DNA from: Octopus vulgaris
Lineage: Eukaryota
Assembly: GCA_951406725.2 (NCBI GenBank)
Contig: OX597820.1
Coordinates: 76,198,001-76,262,000, forward strand
Direction of reading: 5' to 3'
DNA: 64,000 bases
The notes under the pieces are model-generated. The model saw only the letters and a program-made list of their open reading frames with translations. It was not told the origin of the DNA and searched no databases. Of the stretch, positions 1 through 13,611 are shown in pieces; position 1 is the stretch's first letter, and each line of letters begins with the position of its first letter. The translations under genes were made by a program, and so were the position numbers.

Positions 1-132
1 ATGCAGCATTGAGGATGAAGGAAGCCAGCTCAACCCACCCCGGGTGAATGATTCAGTGCGACCATGAGATAGAGACGCTAGAGATATGAAGAAGACGCTA
101 GAAGCAAGATATAACAAACCTTACAAGTGACA

Positions 133-335
133 TTCGAGCGGTTCCAAGCAGTGCTGTTTTCAGCAAGTGCTCTCCCTTTATTGCAGCCCTATCTGTTCCA
201 CGTACTTCTCAAGATTTTTACTCACTATTCCCAGGGCTCCAACAATCATTGGTACTACTACGACCTTTTCCATCGACCATAACTGCTTAACTTCCCAAGG
301 TAACCTGTCGTATCTTTCAACTTTACATCTTTGCG
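133..335 (-). mobile_element. R4/Dong-type (RLE) non-LTR retrotransposon, C-terminal fragment
   Basis: Minus-strand translation KVERYDRLPWEVKQLWSMEKVVVVPMIVGALG...KTALLGTAR is typical of an RLE C-terminus. Nucleotide match to the copies at ~41060-41235 and ~57100-57300. Confidence 0.85.
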
Positions 336-1160
336 TAAAGTAGGCTAAAAACAATAATTGATAAAACATCCACCATACAATGCCATAGCAAAGTCTATCT
401 CGTCTTCGGTATTATGGGACACAAGAATTTATCAAGAGATTTTACCTTTTTGTTTTCTAAGCCTTAACGGTTCGCAACCGAAGTCTATATGAAATTTGAG
501 GATTCATATAAGAGTTTGTTGTTAAAATTTATCCGCAATATATTGGTACTATTTCTACAATGCTCCAAACACTGTTACACTTCTTTTTCCTACTAATGAT
601 AAAAATGTAATAGGATATTTTAAACCTCGATTTACTGCGGAGGTCTCTCCTTGCAAAATAGGAAACAAGGAGGTCCATAGGAAAAAAAAAAAAAACCAAA
701 AAAGGTGTTTGAAAACCAGCGTTCTTAGTTGAACTTTGGAGGAGATTTGGTTAAAATTTCTAGCAAACCTAGTGGCTACGTAGTAAGTCATCCGACTGGT
801 TTATAAAGTGAGGTTTTGTAACAGATATATCACAGTTAACTACAGCGTCGGTCATTAAGTTGGTAATTAAACACCAATAAGATTAATCATTCTGAAAAAC
901 TTTAGCAATTTAATTACAAATCTTAAGACTGGTATTAGTGTTAGAAACTTTTGACACCATATATATACATATTAATCTTTATTTTCTTCATTAATCTCTT
1001 ATTTCAACTATTGGCCATTTATTGCATATTAACATGCAAATGTATCTAGACGCAAGCCTAAAGTCACACATGCAGACAGATATACAATCTCTCTCTGTGT
1101 AAATTAGGTATGCTCATAATTATAGCGACATATGTATGGATAGATGTGTGTGTGTGTGTA

Positions 1161-1204
<44 letters not shown>

Positions 1205-1424
1205 GGGTGCAATTTGATAACTGCGAGGGATTCATATTCATGTGTCAACTCGTGTGTACACCCGCAGCAGTTAATGATTTACTAAATTGTATTAATTACT
1301 CCACTGCATTGGTATGTATGCATGTATGTATGTGTAGACGGATGGATGGAAGTGTGTATATATATGCATATATATAGGTATATATATATATGCATATATA
1401 TTTATTTATGCATATATATACGAA

Positions 1425-1456
<32 letters not shown>

Positions 1457-1457
1457 A

Positions 1458-2030
1458 GTGTGGTAAGAAGTTTGCTTTACAACCACATGGTTCTGGGTTC
1501 AGTCCCACTGCGTGGCAACTTGAGCAAGTGTCTTCTACTATAGCCTCGGGCCGACCAAAGCCTTTTGAGTGGATTTGGTAGACGGAAACTGAAAGAAGCC
1601 CGTCGTATATATATGTATGTATATAGTCAGTGTGTATGTTACTGTGCGTTTGTGGATATACGCAGAAGCTTAAAAGTATATACTCTTTTACTCTTTTATT
1701 TGTTTCAGTCATTTGACTACGGCCATGCTGGAGCACCACCTCTAGTCGAATAAATCGACACCAGAACTAATTCTTTGTAAGCCTCGTAGTATTCTATCGG
1801 TCATGTGTTTGTTGTTTGTGTTTGTCTCCCCACCACCACTACAATCACTTGACAACCGATGTTGGTGCGTTCACGTCCTCGTCCATAAGCGGTTCGGCAA
1901 AACGTGACCGATAGAATACTACGAGGCTTACAAAGAATTAGTTCAGGTGTCGATTTATTCGACTAGAGGTGGTGCTCCAGCATGGCCGTAGTCAAATGAC
2001 TGAAACAAATAAAAGAGTAAAAGAGTATAT
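1458..2030 (+). mobile_element. tRNA-derived SINE, family B (CORE-like), interrupted by an inverted duplication
   Basis: Head gtgtggtaagaag...gggttcagtcccactgcgtggcaacttgagcaagtgtc and tail ...gctccagcatggccgtagtcaaatgactgaaacaa-(taaaagag)n. Many copies in the window. Confidence 0.85.
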
Positions 2031-2083
2031 ACTTTTAAGCTTCTGCGTATATCCACAAACGCACAGTAACATACACACTGACT
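1625..2083. repeat. Near-perfect inverted repeat, ~179-bp arms (1625-1803 / 1905-2083)
   Basis: The arms are reverse complements with one mismatch that I could see. The ORF track gives the identical peptide MVLQHGRSQ...IHTD on both strands. Confidence 0.9.
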
Positions 2084-2820
2084 GGCGGCGAGCCGGCAGA
2101 AACGTTAGCACGCCGGGCGAAATGTGTAGCCGCATTTCGTCTGCCGTTACGTTCTGAGTTCAAATTCCGCCGAGGTCGACTTTGCCTTTCATCCTCTCGG
2201 GGTCGATAAACTAAGTACCAGTTACGCACTGGAGTCGATATAATCGACTTAATCCGTTTGTCTGTCCTTGTTTGTCCCCTCAATGTTTAGCCCCCTGTGG
2301 GCAATAAAGAAATAAGAAACGTTAGCATGCCGGGCGAAATGTTTAGTGGTATTTCGTCTGTTTGTTCCCTCTGTGTTTAGCCCCTTGTGGCTAGTTAAGA
2401 AATAGGTATTTCGGCTGCCGTTACGTTCTGAGTTCAAATACCGCCGAAGTCGACTTTCCCTTTCATCCATTCGGGGGTCGATAAATTAAGTACCAGTTAC
2501 GCACTGGGATCGATGTACTCGACTTAAGACATTTATTTGTCCTTGTTTGTCCCCATAATGTTTAGCCCCTTGTGGGTAATAAAGAAATAAGAAACGTTAG
2601 CACGCCGGGCGAAATGTTTAGTGGTATTTTGTCTGTCTTTACGTTCTGAGTTTAAATTCCGCCGAGGTTGATTTTGCCTTTCATCCTTTCGGGATCGATA
2701 AATTACGTACCAGTTATGCACTGGGGTCGATGTAATCGACTTAATCCCTTTGTCTGTCCTTGTTTGTCTCCACTGTGTGTAGCCTCTTGAGGGCAGTAAA
2801 GAAATAAGAAATAAGAAATA
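2084..2820 (+). mobile_element. SINE family A, head-to-tail multimer (~4 partial units)
   Basis: Repeated gaaacgttagcacgccgggcgaaatg...gagttcaaattccgccgaggtcgactttgcctttcatcc...ggggtcgataaattaagtaccag...agccccttgtgggtaataaagaaata. Confidence 0.85.
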
Positions 2821-3384
2821 ACATACACACTGAGTGCGTGTGCTTATAGACACGCATATGTATAAATATATGTATATGTGTGTGTATTTATGTATATATA
2901 TATGAATGTGTATGTGAATATATGTAGATGTATATATGTGGGAGTTTGTGTATATACATACATACACACAAAAACATGCAAACACACACACAGACACATA
3001 CATACATATATAAATACATACATGTGTACATGCACACACACATGCATATATATGTGTGTGTGTGTGTGTACGTGCAAGTGTGTGTGTATGTGCAAGTGTG
3101 TGTGTATGTGCAAGTGTGTGTGCATGTGCAAATGTGTGTGTATGTGCAAGTGTGTGTGCACATGCGCACGTATAAATGCTAGAAGGAAAAATTGATTCCC
3201 ATGAAAGCTGAGTCGTCTTGAACAGAATGACGTATCGCAATGACGAAACGGATAAAACCTCATTTCCAAGTTACTGTCAATCAGCACGTTAGAAAAATAA
3301 TAAGATATTTAAGATTCCCAAAGTTACTAAGGATCCATCAATTAAAGTTCGATTGAAACCAACTTTCTCCTAATCGACCTCTGT

Positions 3385-3597
3385 CTCTCTGTTTCTCTCT
3401 CCCCGACCCCAACATCGCTTGACAACCGATGGTGGTGTGTTTACCTCCCCCGTAACTTAGCGGTTCGGCAAAAGCGGCTGATAGAATAAGTACTAGGCTT
3501 CCAAAGAATAAGTCCTGGGGTCGATTTGCTCGACTAAAGGCGGTGCTCCAGCATGGCCGCAGTCTAATGACTGAAACGGTAAAAGAGTAAAAAGGGA
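3385..3597 (+). mobile_element. SINE family B, 3' half
   Basis: cgcttgacaaccgat...gctccagcatggccgcagtc...taaaagagtaaaa matches the other family B tails. Confidence 0.8.
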
Positions 3598-3601
3598 GAG
3601 T

Positions 3602-3657
<56 letters not shown>

Positions 3658-3714
3658 TTAGTGAATTGAAGAAATGGAGTTGAACGAAGATTGAACAGAA
3701 ATCGTTTTATTGCA

Positions 3715-3794
3715 TTCTACACGTGTTTCGAAAGGCACAATTTACCAAATTCCGATCGAATAATGAGACCATATTGTGTCTTTCTCTTCAGGAA
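3715..3794 (-). ncRNA. Minimal type I hammerhead ribozyme (Penelope-like element type)
   Basis: Minus strand reads UUC-CUGAAGA-GAAAGACACAAU...AUUGUGCCUUUC-GAAA-CACGUG-UA-GAA. The core CUGANGA/GAAA is intact, stem II has 11 of 12 pairs, stem III is the palindrome ACACGUGU, the cleavage triplet is GUA and stem I is 3 bp. Confidence 0.8.
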
Positions 3795-3880
3795 GAAATA
3801 GGAAATCCGTTGGAAAAAACAAAAACAGAACAGAGGCGGAGCAAAACAAATCGAACGAGGCTCCTAAGAGCCCATGGCCA

Positions 3881-4027
<147 letters not shown>

Positions 4028-4039
4028 TTGTGTGTGTTT

Positions 4040-4325
4040 GTCAGGGTGTGGTACTCAGGATCTAGCGATCGTGATTTCAATTCCTAGACGGGGTGGTATG
4101 CTGTGTTCTTGAGCAGAACACTTCATCTCACGCAGCTCTGCGATCAGTTCGACACCTGAAACGTGGCACACACAGTGCACCTGTTCAGGCAACATCGATT
4201 TGATGGGGGAGTGAGTTAATGTGCGGCACGAACATTTGATCACTATAAGCACTATCTTTTTTGTGCGAGTCGTTTCGCCTAAGCTGAACGCTCATACGTT
4301 ATCTTCGACGAGAGTGTCCACCACC
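4040..4325 (+). mobile_element. tRNA-derived SINE-like element (diverged)
   Basis: tRNA-like head with B-box-like gtgatttcaattcc, followed by gtgttcttgagcagaacacttcat, which resembles the SINE central domain seen at ~32490. Confidence 0.5.
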
Positions 4326-4327
4326 AC

Positions 4328-4390
<63 letters not shown>

Positions 4391-4491
4391 TAGTAATGGT
4401 AAGACAACAAAATAATGAATGAGACTTCGATATTATGTAAATAGAGGAATTTGTCAGTAATATAATATGTGACAATTGTTCGGTTGCCATA

Positions 4492-4550
4492 ATAAGACTC
4501 CGAGTTTCGGATGCCGGAGCAGAAAACTGGTGCGGCATCTCGTGAGTTAT
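4492..4550 (-). ncRNA. Hammerhead ribozyme, inverted copy with a core mutation (CUCACGA)
   Basis: Minus strand reads AUAA-CUCACGA-GAUGCCG...CGGCAUC-C-GAAA-CUCGGAG-UC-UUAU. The G-to-C change in the core probably inactivates it. Confidence 0.65.
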
Positions 4551-4634
4551 CGAGGCAATCAAAAACTGCTATGAAAATGACCGTTCAACAATGGGAAATT
4601 ACGGTCATTTGCATAGCATTTTTTGATTGTCTCG

Positions 4635-4693
4635 ATAACTGACGAGATGCCGGAGTAGCTTTCCGCTCCGACATCTGAAACTCGGAGTCTTAT
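4635..4693 (+). ncRNA. Minimal type I hammerhead ribozyme
   Basis: AUAA-CUGACGA-GAUGCCGGAG...CUCCGACAUC-U-GAAA-CUCGGAG-UC-UUAU. It has the core, a long stem II, a short stem III (ACUC/GAGU), a GUC triplet (cleavage after 4689) and stem I AUAA/UUAU. Confidence 0.75.
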
Positions 4694-4944
4694 TACGGCA
4701 ACCGAATAGCTGTCACATATTGTATTACAGATATATATGCATATGTGTGTGTGTGTGTTGTCAGTTAGTTGCCCATGCATTAGAAACAACACACTCAGTA
4801 TGAAAAATAGAATGGTTTTATTGTTATTCATTTGATCCATATATTTTTGGTTATGGTTTATAACTGGGCACAATGCTACCGTCGGTTTCGCACCGACTAT
4901 CGCACAATCCAAGACTGATGACTGTTTAGACACACCTACATACG

Positions 4945-5010
<66 letters not shown>

Positions 5011-5077
5011 TATCGACAGATAAACAAATAAGTGGGTAACGTAATATATATATATGTATATATATATATACATATAT

Positions 5078-5225
5078 ACGACAGGCTTCTTTCAGTTTCC
5101 GTCTACCAAATTCACTCACAAGGCTTTGGCCGGCCCGAGGGTATAGCAGAAGTCACTTGCCCAAGATGTCACGCAGTGGGACTGAACCCGGAACCATGTG
5201 GTCGGTTAGCAAGCTACTTACTGCG
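5078..5225 (-). mobile_element. SINE family B, 5' half
   Basis: Reverse complement of the family B head (gggactgaacccggaaccatgtgg). Confidence 0.8.
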
Positions 5226-5294
5226 CCTATATGTGTGTATGTGTATATATATATATATATATATGCATACATACATCCATATACCTATACATAC

Positions 5295-5365
<71 letters not shown>

Positions 5366-5889
5366 TGTATGTATGTATGTATGTATGTATATATATACAC
5401 ACACACAGACAAACGCTAATGATATCCAGATTAATGCATAAGAGATTACGTACGAGAAAACTACATGATAAAAACATAAAATACATCATGCTATGGAAAC
5501 TGCGCTTAAAAGTTAAAAAGCAACATAATTCTACAAACACACACACACACAGACAGAGTATCAATTTTTTTTTTCTCTCTCTCTCACTCTTTTTCACTCT
5601 CTCACTCTCTCGCATACTATCTCTCTCTCTCTCTCTCACACACACACGTGCATTCAGAGAAGCATTCAAAGATGAACACAAATACTCTAGAGACACAATA
5701 TCCACAAATACCTACGAGAATATATGTCTTCAGTTATACGAACTGACAGAGGAATTACAATTTTTTTAAAAATTCAGTCAGACAAACAGAAACGAAGACC
5801 CACAATATTACGCTGTAGACAGTCTAATATCACTTTCAGCATCTTGTATTCGCAACTTGATAATATAATCCTTCGACAAAAATCACGAC

Positions 5890-6665
5890 GTCTGGAATTT
5901 TAGGAAAGGGCTACGTCGATTACATTGACCCCCAGTGCTCAACTAGTACTTATTTTATCGACCCTGAAAGGAAGAACGGCAATGTCGACCTCGGTGGAAT
6001 TTGAACTCAGAACGTAAAACAGAACGAGATGAATGCGTTAAACATTTTGTCAGATTCTCAAATGATTCTGACAGCTAACCTTCCTATGACGGGTTCCAGT
6101 ATTGCGTTTCAAATTTTGACCGAAAGCCAGCAATATTAAGCTGGAGGTAAGTCGATTAAATCTCACCCCAGTGTTCAAATAGTGCTTATTTTATCGACCC
6201 AGAAAGGACGAAAGCCGAAGTCAAACTCGATGGAATTTTGACTCAGAACATACAGACGGACGAAATACCGCTAAGCATTTCGCCCGGTTTACTAACGATT
6301 CTTTTTTACTCTAGGCACAAGGCCCGAAATTTTGCGGGATGGGGCCAGTCGATTAGATCGACCTCAGTACGCAAATGGTATTTAATTTAACGACGGCGAA
6401 AGGATCAAAGGCAAAGTCTGCCTCGGCGGATTTTGATCTCAGACGCAAAGACGGAAGAGATACCGCTAAACATTTCGCCCGGCGTGCTAACGTTTCCTTT
6501 TGCTATAGTGCCCACAAGGGGCTAGACACAGAGGGGACAAACAAGGACAGAAAAACGGATTAAGTCGATTACATCGATCCCAGTGCGTAACTGGTACTTA
6601 ATTTATCGACCCCGAAAGGATGAAAGGCAAAGTTGACCACGGCGAAATTTGAACTCAGAACGTAA
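5890..6665 (-). mobile_element. Cluster of family A SINE copies (about 4, variably decayed)
   Basis: Repeated gtcgattacat..gaccccagtg...tttatcgaccc.gaaagga.gaaaggcaaagtcgacctcggcggaatttgaactcagaacgt. Confidence 0.8.
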
Positions 6666-6669
6666 CTTT

Positions 6670-7075
<406 letters not shown>

Positions 7076-7080
7076 TGTTC

Positions 7081-7128
<48 letters not shown>

Positions 7129-7873
7129 CTACCGGAACGCAATATAAATATATATTAACCAGACATGGATTAACAATAATCTCCTCTGTTTACTCACCAC
7201 AATCTTTTCAGCATAATTTTTTTTCTGTTTCTTTCATTCATATTTCTGTTTTAATACAGAGACACACAGCATCATTATTGCTTGAATATCCTCTTTTCCA
7301 CATAGCCATATATCTTACTTACATATTTTATCATAATACTAAGAACAACAACATACAATTCTTCTTGCTTTCGTTGTTGTTGTTGTTGTTGATCTTTGTT
7401 GTAAACAATGGTATGGAATCTATTCAGATGAAATCATCTGGTTCACTAGCGTTATATTGTGTTTAATGCATGGATTATGTAGTCGCAGGCATGGCCGTGT
7501 GGTTAATAGACTCGCTTCGTTACCACGTGATTTCGGGTTCGGTGCCACTACATGGAAGATTGAGCAAGTGTCTTATACTATAAGCCCGAGCTGACCAACA
7601 ATTGGAGTAACTACGGGAGTCTGAAGCTGTGTGGAAACTCATCACATACTTTACATAGAAACATACATGTCTGTGTGCATGTGTGTGTGCGTGTGTGTGC
7701 ATGTGTGTGTGTATGTGGGTGTATTTGTGCATCCCAACTGCTTGACAAGCCTTAACCTAGCAGTTCGTCAAAAGTTAACGATAAATTAAGTAACAAACTT
7801 TAAAATATATCGAAGTACTGCCATCAATTTATTTGCCTGAAACCTTCAAAGTGGTGCCCCAGGACATACTCAC

Positions 7874-7940
<67 letters not shown>

Positions 7941-8483
7941 TACACGCACACAAACACACATACACACGCAAACATATATACAGTGGTCGCAGTCCAATGA
8001 TTAAAGCAACCGATAGATAAAAATGCATTTTGTCATAAACAAGCGAACTTCAAACATTTAATATGGAGTTATGTCCTGGACGCACTACTGACACAAGATT
8101 AAGCAGTTTACTTTGTAATCATGAGGTCGTGAGCTCGATTTCACCAGATAGAAAATTTGACCAGTATCTTTTTACATATTTTCTGTATCTTTCTGCTATT
8201 TAAAGGTCCTGGTAACCTTTAAATTTCACTTGCTTAGTTCATAGGACCTCAGCCATACTGGAGCATGCCTTTGAATGGTTTCAGTAGAACTAATGCAACA
8301 CTAGTACTTATTATTGTTTAACGTTTAGTACTTATTCTATTGATTTCTTTTGTCGATTTGCAAAGTTTCACGGATGGAAATAATCGAACAAATGTTACCA
8401 AGCGGTGGACGGAGATGAACAGAGATGAACAGAGATGAACAGAGATGCAGAGATATATACACATACGCAGAAACACAAACTCT

Positions 8484-8546
<63 letters not shown>

Positions 8547-10866
8547 ACACACAGGCAGGTGCAAGCACGGACGCACACGCACACACTCATAAACACACGC
8601 ACACATATACACACATACACGATCATACTCCAAAAAGGGTGGTGTTGGTCTGCGCCGCCATACTTTAGTTATTTTGTTAAATCGATAAAAACTGTAGTGA
8701 ACTCGCAGTGGAGAGTGGAAAATTTAACGTTTCGGAGAAGGTTCTTCTTCATGGAAAACTAGATAGGAAAGATACTAATGAGAGACAGCAGATTTTTACA
8801 TCCTCTAAATTAACTTAATAATTATATAAATCTTAGCAATTATATACGCCTTACCTGCTTCACCCATATATGTGCTGAAAAGTATGTATATATGTCTATA
8901 TTCCTCGTCTATAATCAGTTAAAGATTTTTCAAATTGTACTCAAGCACATCTAAGATTTCAATTATTCAAGGAGGTAGTTAAAATTATATCCTCTCACCG
9001 CGGGAAAGTGTATAAAACTAACTGCATTAAGGTACATTTATATATAGTGAGAATTTACAAAAAAAAAAAAAGACGAAGTTGGGTGTGTAAAAAACAAACA
9101 GATGTATTGGTTTAATGCTCGGGAAGTGAGAAATTATTATACGTTTCGAGTCTACACTCTTCGGCAGAAAGGAACACAGAAATAAACAGGGAGAGGGGAA
9201 AATAGGAAAGCCATTTATATATACATATTCTACAGTTAGTTTTGATTAGTGAAGCGATGAAAAAACGTTTTGACCAACATGTAGTTGTATTGAGAAGATA
9301 AAAAATCTGCCCATTTGTTTCTATAACCAGTATGTTCTTACGACAATTATTCTACTGCCAGAGAAAGTTAATTATAGAGAGTATACCCATAGTTCTTATA
9401 GAATCCAAAATGCCACAGTAACCATACCATCTGCAACTCGTAGCAAGGAAAAAGAAAGCAAGCATTAAGCTAATATGTAAGCTACATCTCAGCTAATAAG
9501 TCCTTAAATCTCGTCCTTAAGTAACAAGAAAACATTTTTCTGGTTTTTCTGGTCACCACGTGTATAGTTTTTCGGTTAAATTTAGCAACTTACAGAGCAG
9601 ACATTTTAATTAAGTCTTTCTGATTTTTATTGCATTAAACATATGAGGGAAAGGCGACAGATCTATCTCGGCTCAACATTATTAGATAATACTATAATAT
9701 TAATACCTTTAACTAACATTTAAATGTAATGAAGCTTGCTTAATTACCTGCACTGATGAAGTAAGTATACATCGGCATCTTAGCAGTGGAATTGCAATGC
9801 GTATTTATTAGCTAGAGGCTTAATCATATCCAGTTGGCCATATAGCTTCTAGATGTTTGCTTTCGATAATTAATAAATATTAAAACATTTAAGCTAATCG
9901 AATGATCTGCAGCATTCTCGGGGGCGGGAGGTGGGGGGAATAGATGTGACATTACGTTCCACATATAATTAATTCTCTGCTCAATATTATTACATTGATG
10001 CAAACATGGAAGATTATTAGTGGCGAGAGGAAACATATTTGATTTTCTGGAAGGAATTTATACTTAGATGAAGATTCCATCTCCACAACACAGTCACATA
10101 ATTTAATTTCAGCTTTTCACTTAATTGACTTTTAGCGAAGACGTAGGCCACTGATAAATTCTCTTCGAATTGAAATCGTTTGTAAGGAAGAAAAAAAATC
10201 AATAAATATTATCACAGAATGATATGCTCAGTCACTGAGTGACTAGACTAATGTATCAGCACTCGTAACTTTCAAGTCAAAAGTTAGTATATGTTAGCGA
10301 GATATAAATCTTATATCTGTAACTAAGCATAACAAACTTCTCCGATCAAGAGTTTCCAGCTTAAACATTAGAGATTTCTCCTCTCCATGGAACATTAGCT
10401 TAGCTCAATATTACCTATATAGTAAATTAATTCTCGCTAACATCAGGCCATTCCAAGTCTATTCGAATTAAATTAAATATATATCATGATGTAAATGTAT
10501 GTTGTATAGACGTTTGGTCGAACTACCGTTTTCAAAGAACTAGAAATGATGTAAACACTTTTCGAAATGACATGGTGATGCTAATTAAGATAAAGTGTGT
10601 TTTAAGTAACTGAAATTAGTATTAATGGAAGAACTTAGGGAATTAATTAAAGTGACTGCGATGCAGTTTGCTTACTTCAGGCGAAAATCGAGACACAGGA
10701 GAAAATGAATAAAAACATATCTTCTCTTGTTACGACTTTAGTCAGTACAAATAGATGTAACTATGTATGAAAGTACACACAGACAAACACACATACATGC
10801 ACACATACGCATGCACACACACATACATACATACACACACATACGGACAGACACGTACACACACAT

Positions 10867-10901
<35 letters not shown>

Positions 10902-11187
10902 ATAAATTTATAGATATATTATCGATGAAGAATGCAGGAGAACTCTCAAACAACTACAGAGTTCGAATCTCCGTAGCGGCTTGCTGGTTTTCTTTCTATA
11001 AAGGTATTTTACTCGTTTCTATAAACTCATTCCACAGTTATTTCCCTTCTTTCGAGATTTCCTTAATTTCTAAAATACCACTTACTCGGAGCATCAATGT
11101 TTGTACACACACACACACACGTCTTTTATCTTTTACTTCTTCATTAGAATATAGTCATGCTGGGACACCGTCTTAAAGGCTTTAGAC

Positions 11188-11522
11188 CAGTGGTTCTTAA
11201 CCAGGGTTCGTATGGCCCCTGAAGAGCCACATAAAATTTTGGGGGGCCCATGTAACAAAATAGTAGATTAGGGGACCACAATTGTACCCCCCCCCCCCGA
11301 AAAATTTGCTTTAGATGTATGTATTGCAAGAAAGAGCTAAATTTCTTTCTTCAATATTTTACATAGTTCACCTTACACAAGTCAATGTGTTAAAAACGAA
11401 ATAGGGATTTTTTAAGAAGCTTCTATAAAACGAGTTTTTAAGCATCGAATGGTTGTGGGGATCATCGGTATTAAAATAGTATTCAAAGGGGTTCATAGGT
11501 GAAAAAGTGTTGAAAACCCCTG
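11188..11522. mobile_element. hAT (Charlie-like) MITE with 8-bp target-site duplication
   Basis: Termini cagtggttcttaac...gttgaaaacccctg, flanked by ctttagac (11180-11187) and ccttagac (11523-11530). Inserted into a SINE tail. Confidence 0.8.
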
Positions 11523-11662
11523 CCTTAGACGAACAAATCGATATGGTTCTTACTCTCTAATTTTGGTATTTATTCTATCGGCTTTTTTGCCGAACCGCTC
11601 GGTTACATTTGACAAGCATTAGGGACGGTGGAGGGACAAACACAAACTCTAATACGAACGCA

Positions 11663-11945
11663 CAGGGTAGCGGACTCGCGGTCGGAGGATCGCGGTTTCG
11701 ATTCTCAGACCGGGTGTTGAGTGTGTTTATTGAGCGAAAACACCTAAAGCTCCAGAGACTTCGGCAGGGGGTGGTGGCGACCACTGTTGTACTCTTTCGC
11801 CCCAACTTTCTCTCACTCTTTCTTCCTGTTTCTTGAGTAACGCTGCGATGGATTGGCGTCCCGTCCAGCTGGGAGAAACACATAAGCCATAGGAACCGGG
11901 AAGCCGGGCACATGAGCCTGGCTAGGCTTGAAAAAGGCGCATAAA
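11663..11945 (+). mobile_element. tRNA-derived SINE family C
   Basis: agggtagcggactcgcggtcggaggatcgcggtttcgattctcagaccggg...gtgtttattgagcgaaaacacctaaagctcc. Homologous to the copies at 28340 and 47065. Confidence 0.8.
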
Positions 11946-13057
11946 TAAAAAAATATATGCACATACATATACCTGACGGGTTTTGACAAAAGGTCCGTCT
12001 ACCAAATTCACATGTAAGTCATTAGATGCAGGACTATAGTAGAAGAAATTTGTCCATTGTGCCATGCAATGGGATTGAACTCGAAAGTACATGATTTCAA
12101 AGCGAGCTGTTTACCTACACAGCTATGCCTGTGCCTATGTATAGATATAAGCATGTATGTGGTGTGTATGTATACCTGTATGTATGTGCGTGAATGTTAG
12201 TATCCATACGTAAATACATCCATAATATATAAATAGTGTAAATAGATGTCAGTCGGTTTCGCTGATACATGTTCAAGTGGCTTGACAAATTCACACATAT
12301 ATTCATTGAATATGCTCACCAACTAATTCCTTGGATTGACCTGTAAGTGGTTGAGTATTCCACAGACAAGTGTCTGTTAGCGTAATTGTGAAGTACAGAC
12401 ACGGGGCTTCACACATTTTCCACCAAACCGATTGTCACTCAATTCTTTGCTAGACACAAGGCTCTGATAAAGACATTGGCCCGAGATTCTCTGCAAATGA
12501 TATCAAAATCAATACTACCGTCTTTAACTAAACGGAAAGTAAGTTACAGAGGTGGCTAGACGCAATCTTGGTTCTATAGCATGACGTTTTATTGTTTCCA
12601 AACATATGGATCTGTGTAGAGTCCCATGTGTGGCACCTTGGCAAGTGCCTCCTATCATTGCTTCTGACCAGCCAATGTATTGTGAGTGGATTTGGTGGAT
12701 GGAAATCGTAAAAAATCCCGTCGAGTGTACATATAATACATGTAAATGATTTATTTATTATTAAATATGATAATATAAATTATCGACATGATTTTAAGTT
12801 ACGAAACAATTCGTGATATTTGAGTTTTCTTTTTGTTAACTAACATTTCATTAAACTATTTCTCTCTCATTTATGATTTTATAGACCTCGTATCGTTTTC
12901 TCTTATATAAATTCTATAAATTCTATATGTTTTGTACAATGATACATTAAGAAATTTTTTTATGAGCACTACCATATTATTTGAATTCATATACTGTGAC
13001 TTAAATATATATATACATATACATGCTCGTATGTATGCATGTATGAATGTGTATATA

Positions 13058-13150
<93 letters not shown>

Positions 13151-13476
13151 GTATATATATATATTCCAAATATAACAATAGTATACATATATATGTATAT
13201 ATATATATGTATACGTATATATGTATATATATATATGTATATGTATATGTATATGTATGTATATGTATATGTATTTATATATATGTATGTATATATGATA
13301 TATATATACGTACATATACATATGTAAAAATAAAGCCATAAAACCGCATGGATAGGGGACTACAGTCCACGGTATAGCTGCTCAATTCGAAGAGGATGGT
13401 ATTTTCTAAGTCACCAACAGGAATCTATCCATGCTTTATTTCAAATCTGGAATTCACCATTTCGTGGAGCTCTTAC

Positions 13477-13547
<71 letters not shown>

Positions 13548-13611
13548 TGTGTGTGTGTGTGTTTGTGTGTGTCTGTGTGTGTGTGTATTGATACACGCAT
13601 ACATAAATATA

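Larger units (their letters stand above)
4457..4728. repeat. Inverted repeat (~128-bp arms, 4457-4584 / 4601-4728) carrying two hammerhead copies; probable Penelope-like inverted pLTR
   Basis: aatatgtgacaattgttcggttgccataataagactccgagtttc...gaaaatgaccgt is the reverse complement of acggtcattt...gaaactcggagtcttattacggcaaccgaatagctgtcacatatt. Lies between (TA)n and (TA/TG)n tracts. Confidence 0.85.

Noticed and set aside
8650-8665. YY1-like CGCCGCCAT motif (also ~62400) and a GC box at ~9920
   Set aside because: Isolated short motifs without a CpG-rich promoter context; expected by chance.
9753-9800. CTGATGA motif (also at ~14464, ~28985, ~55477)
   Set aside because: There is no downstream stem II-GAAA-stem III-UH arrangement, and the other three occurrences lie within TE coding relics.
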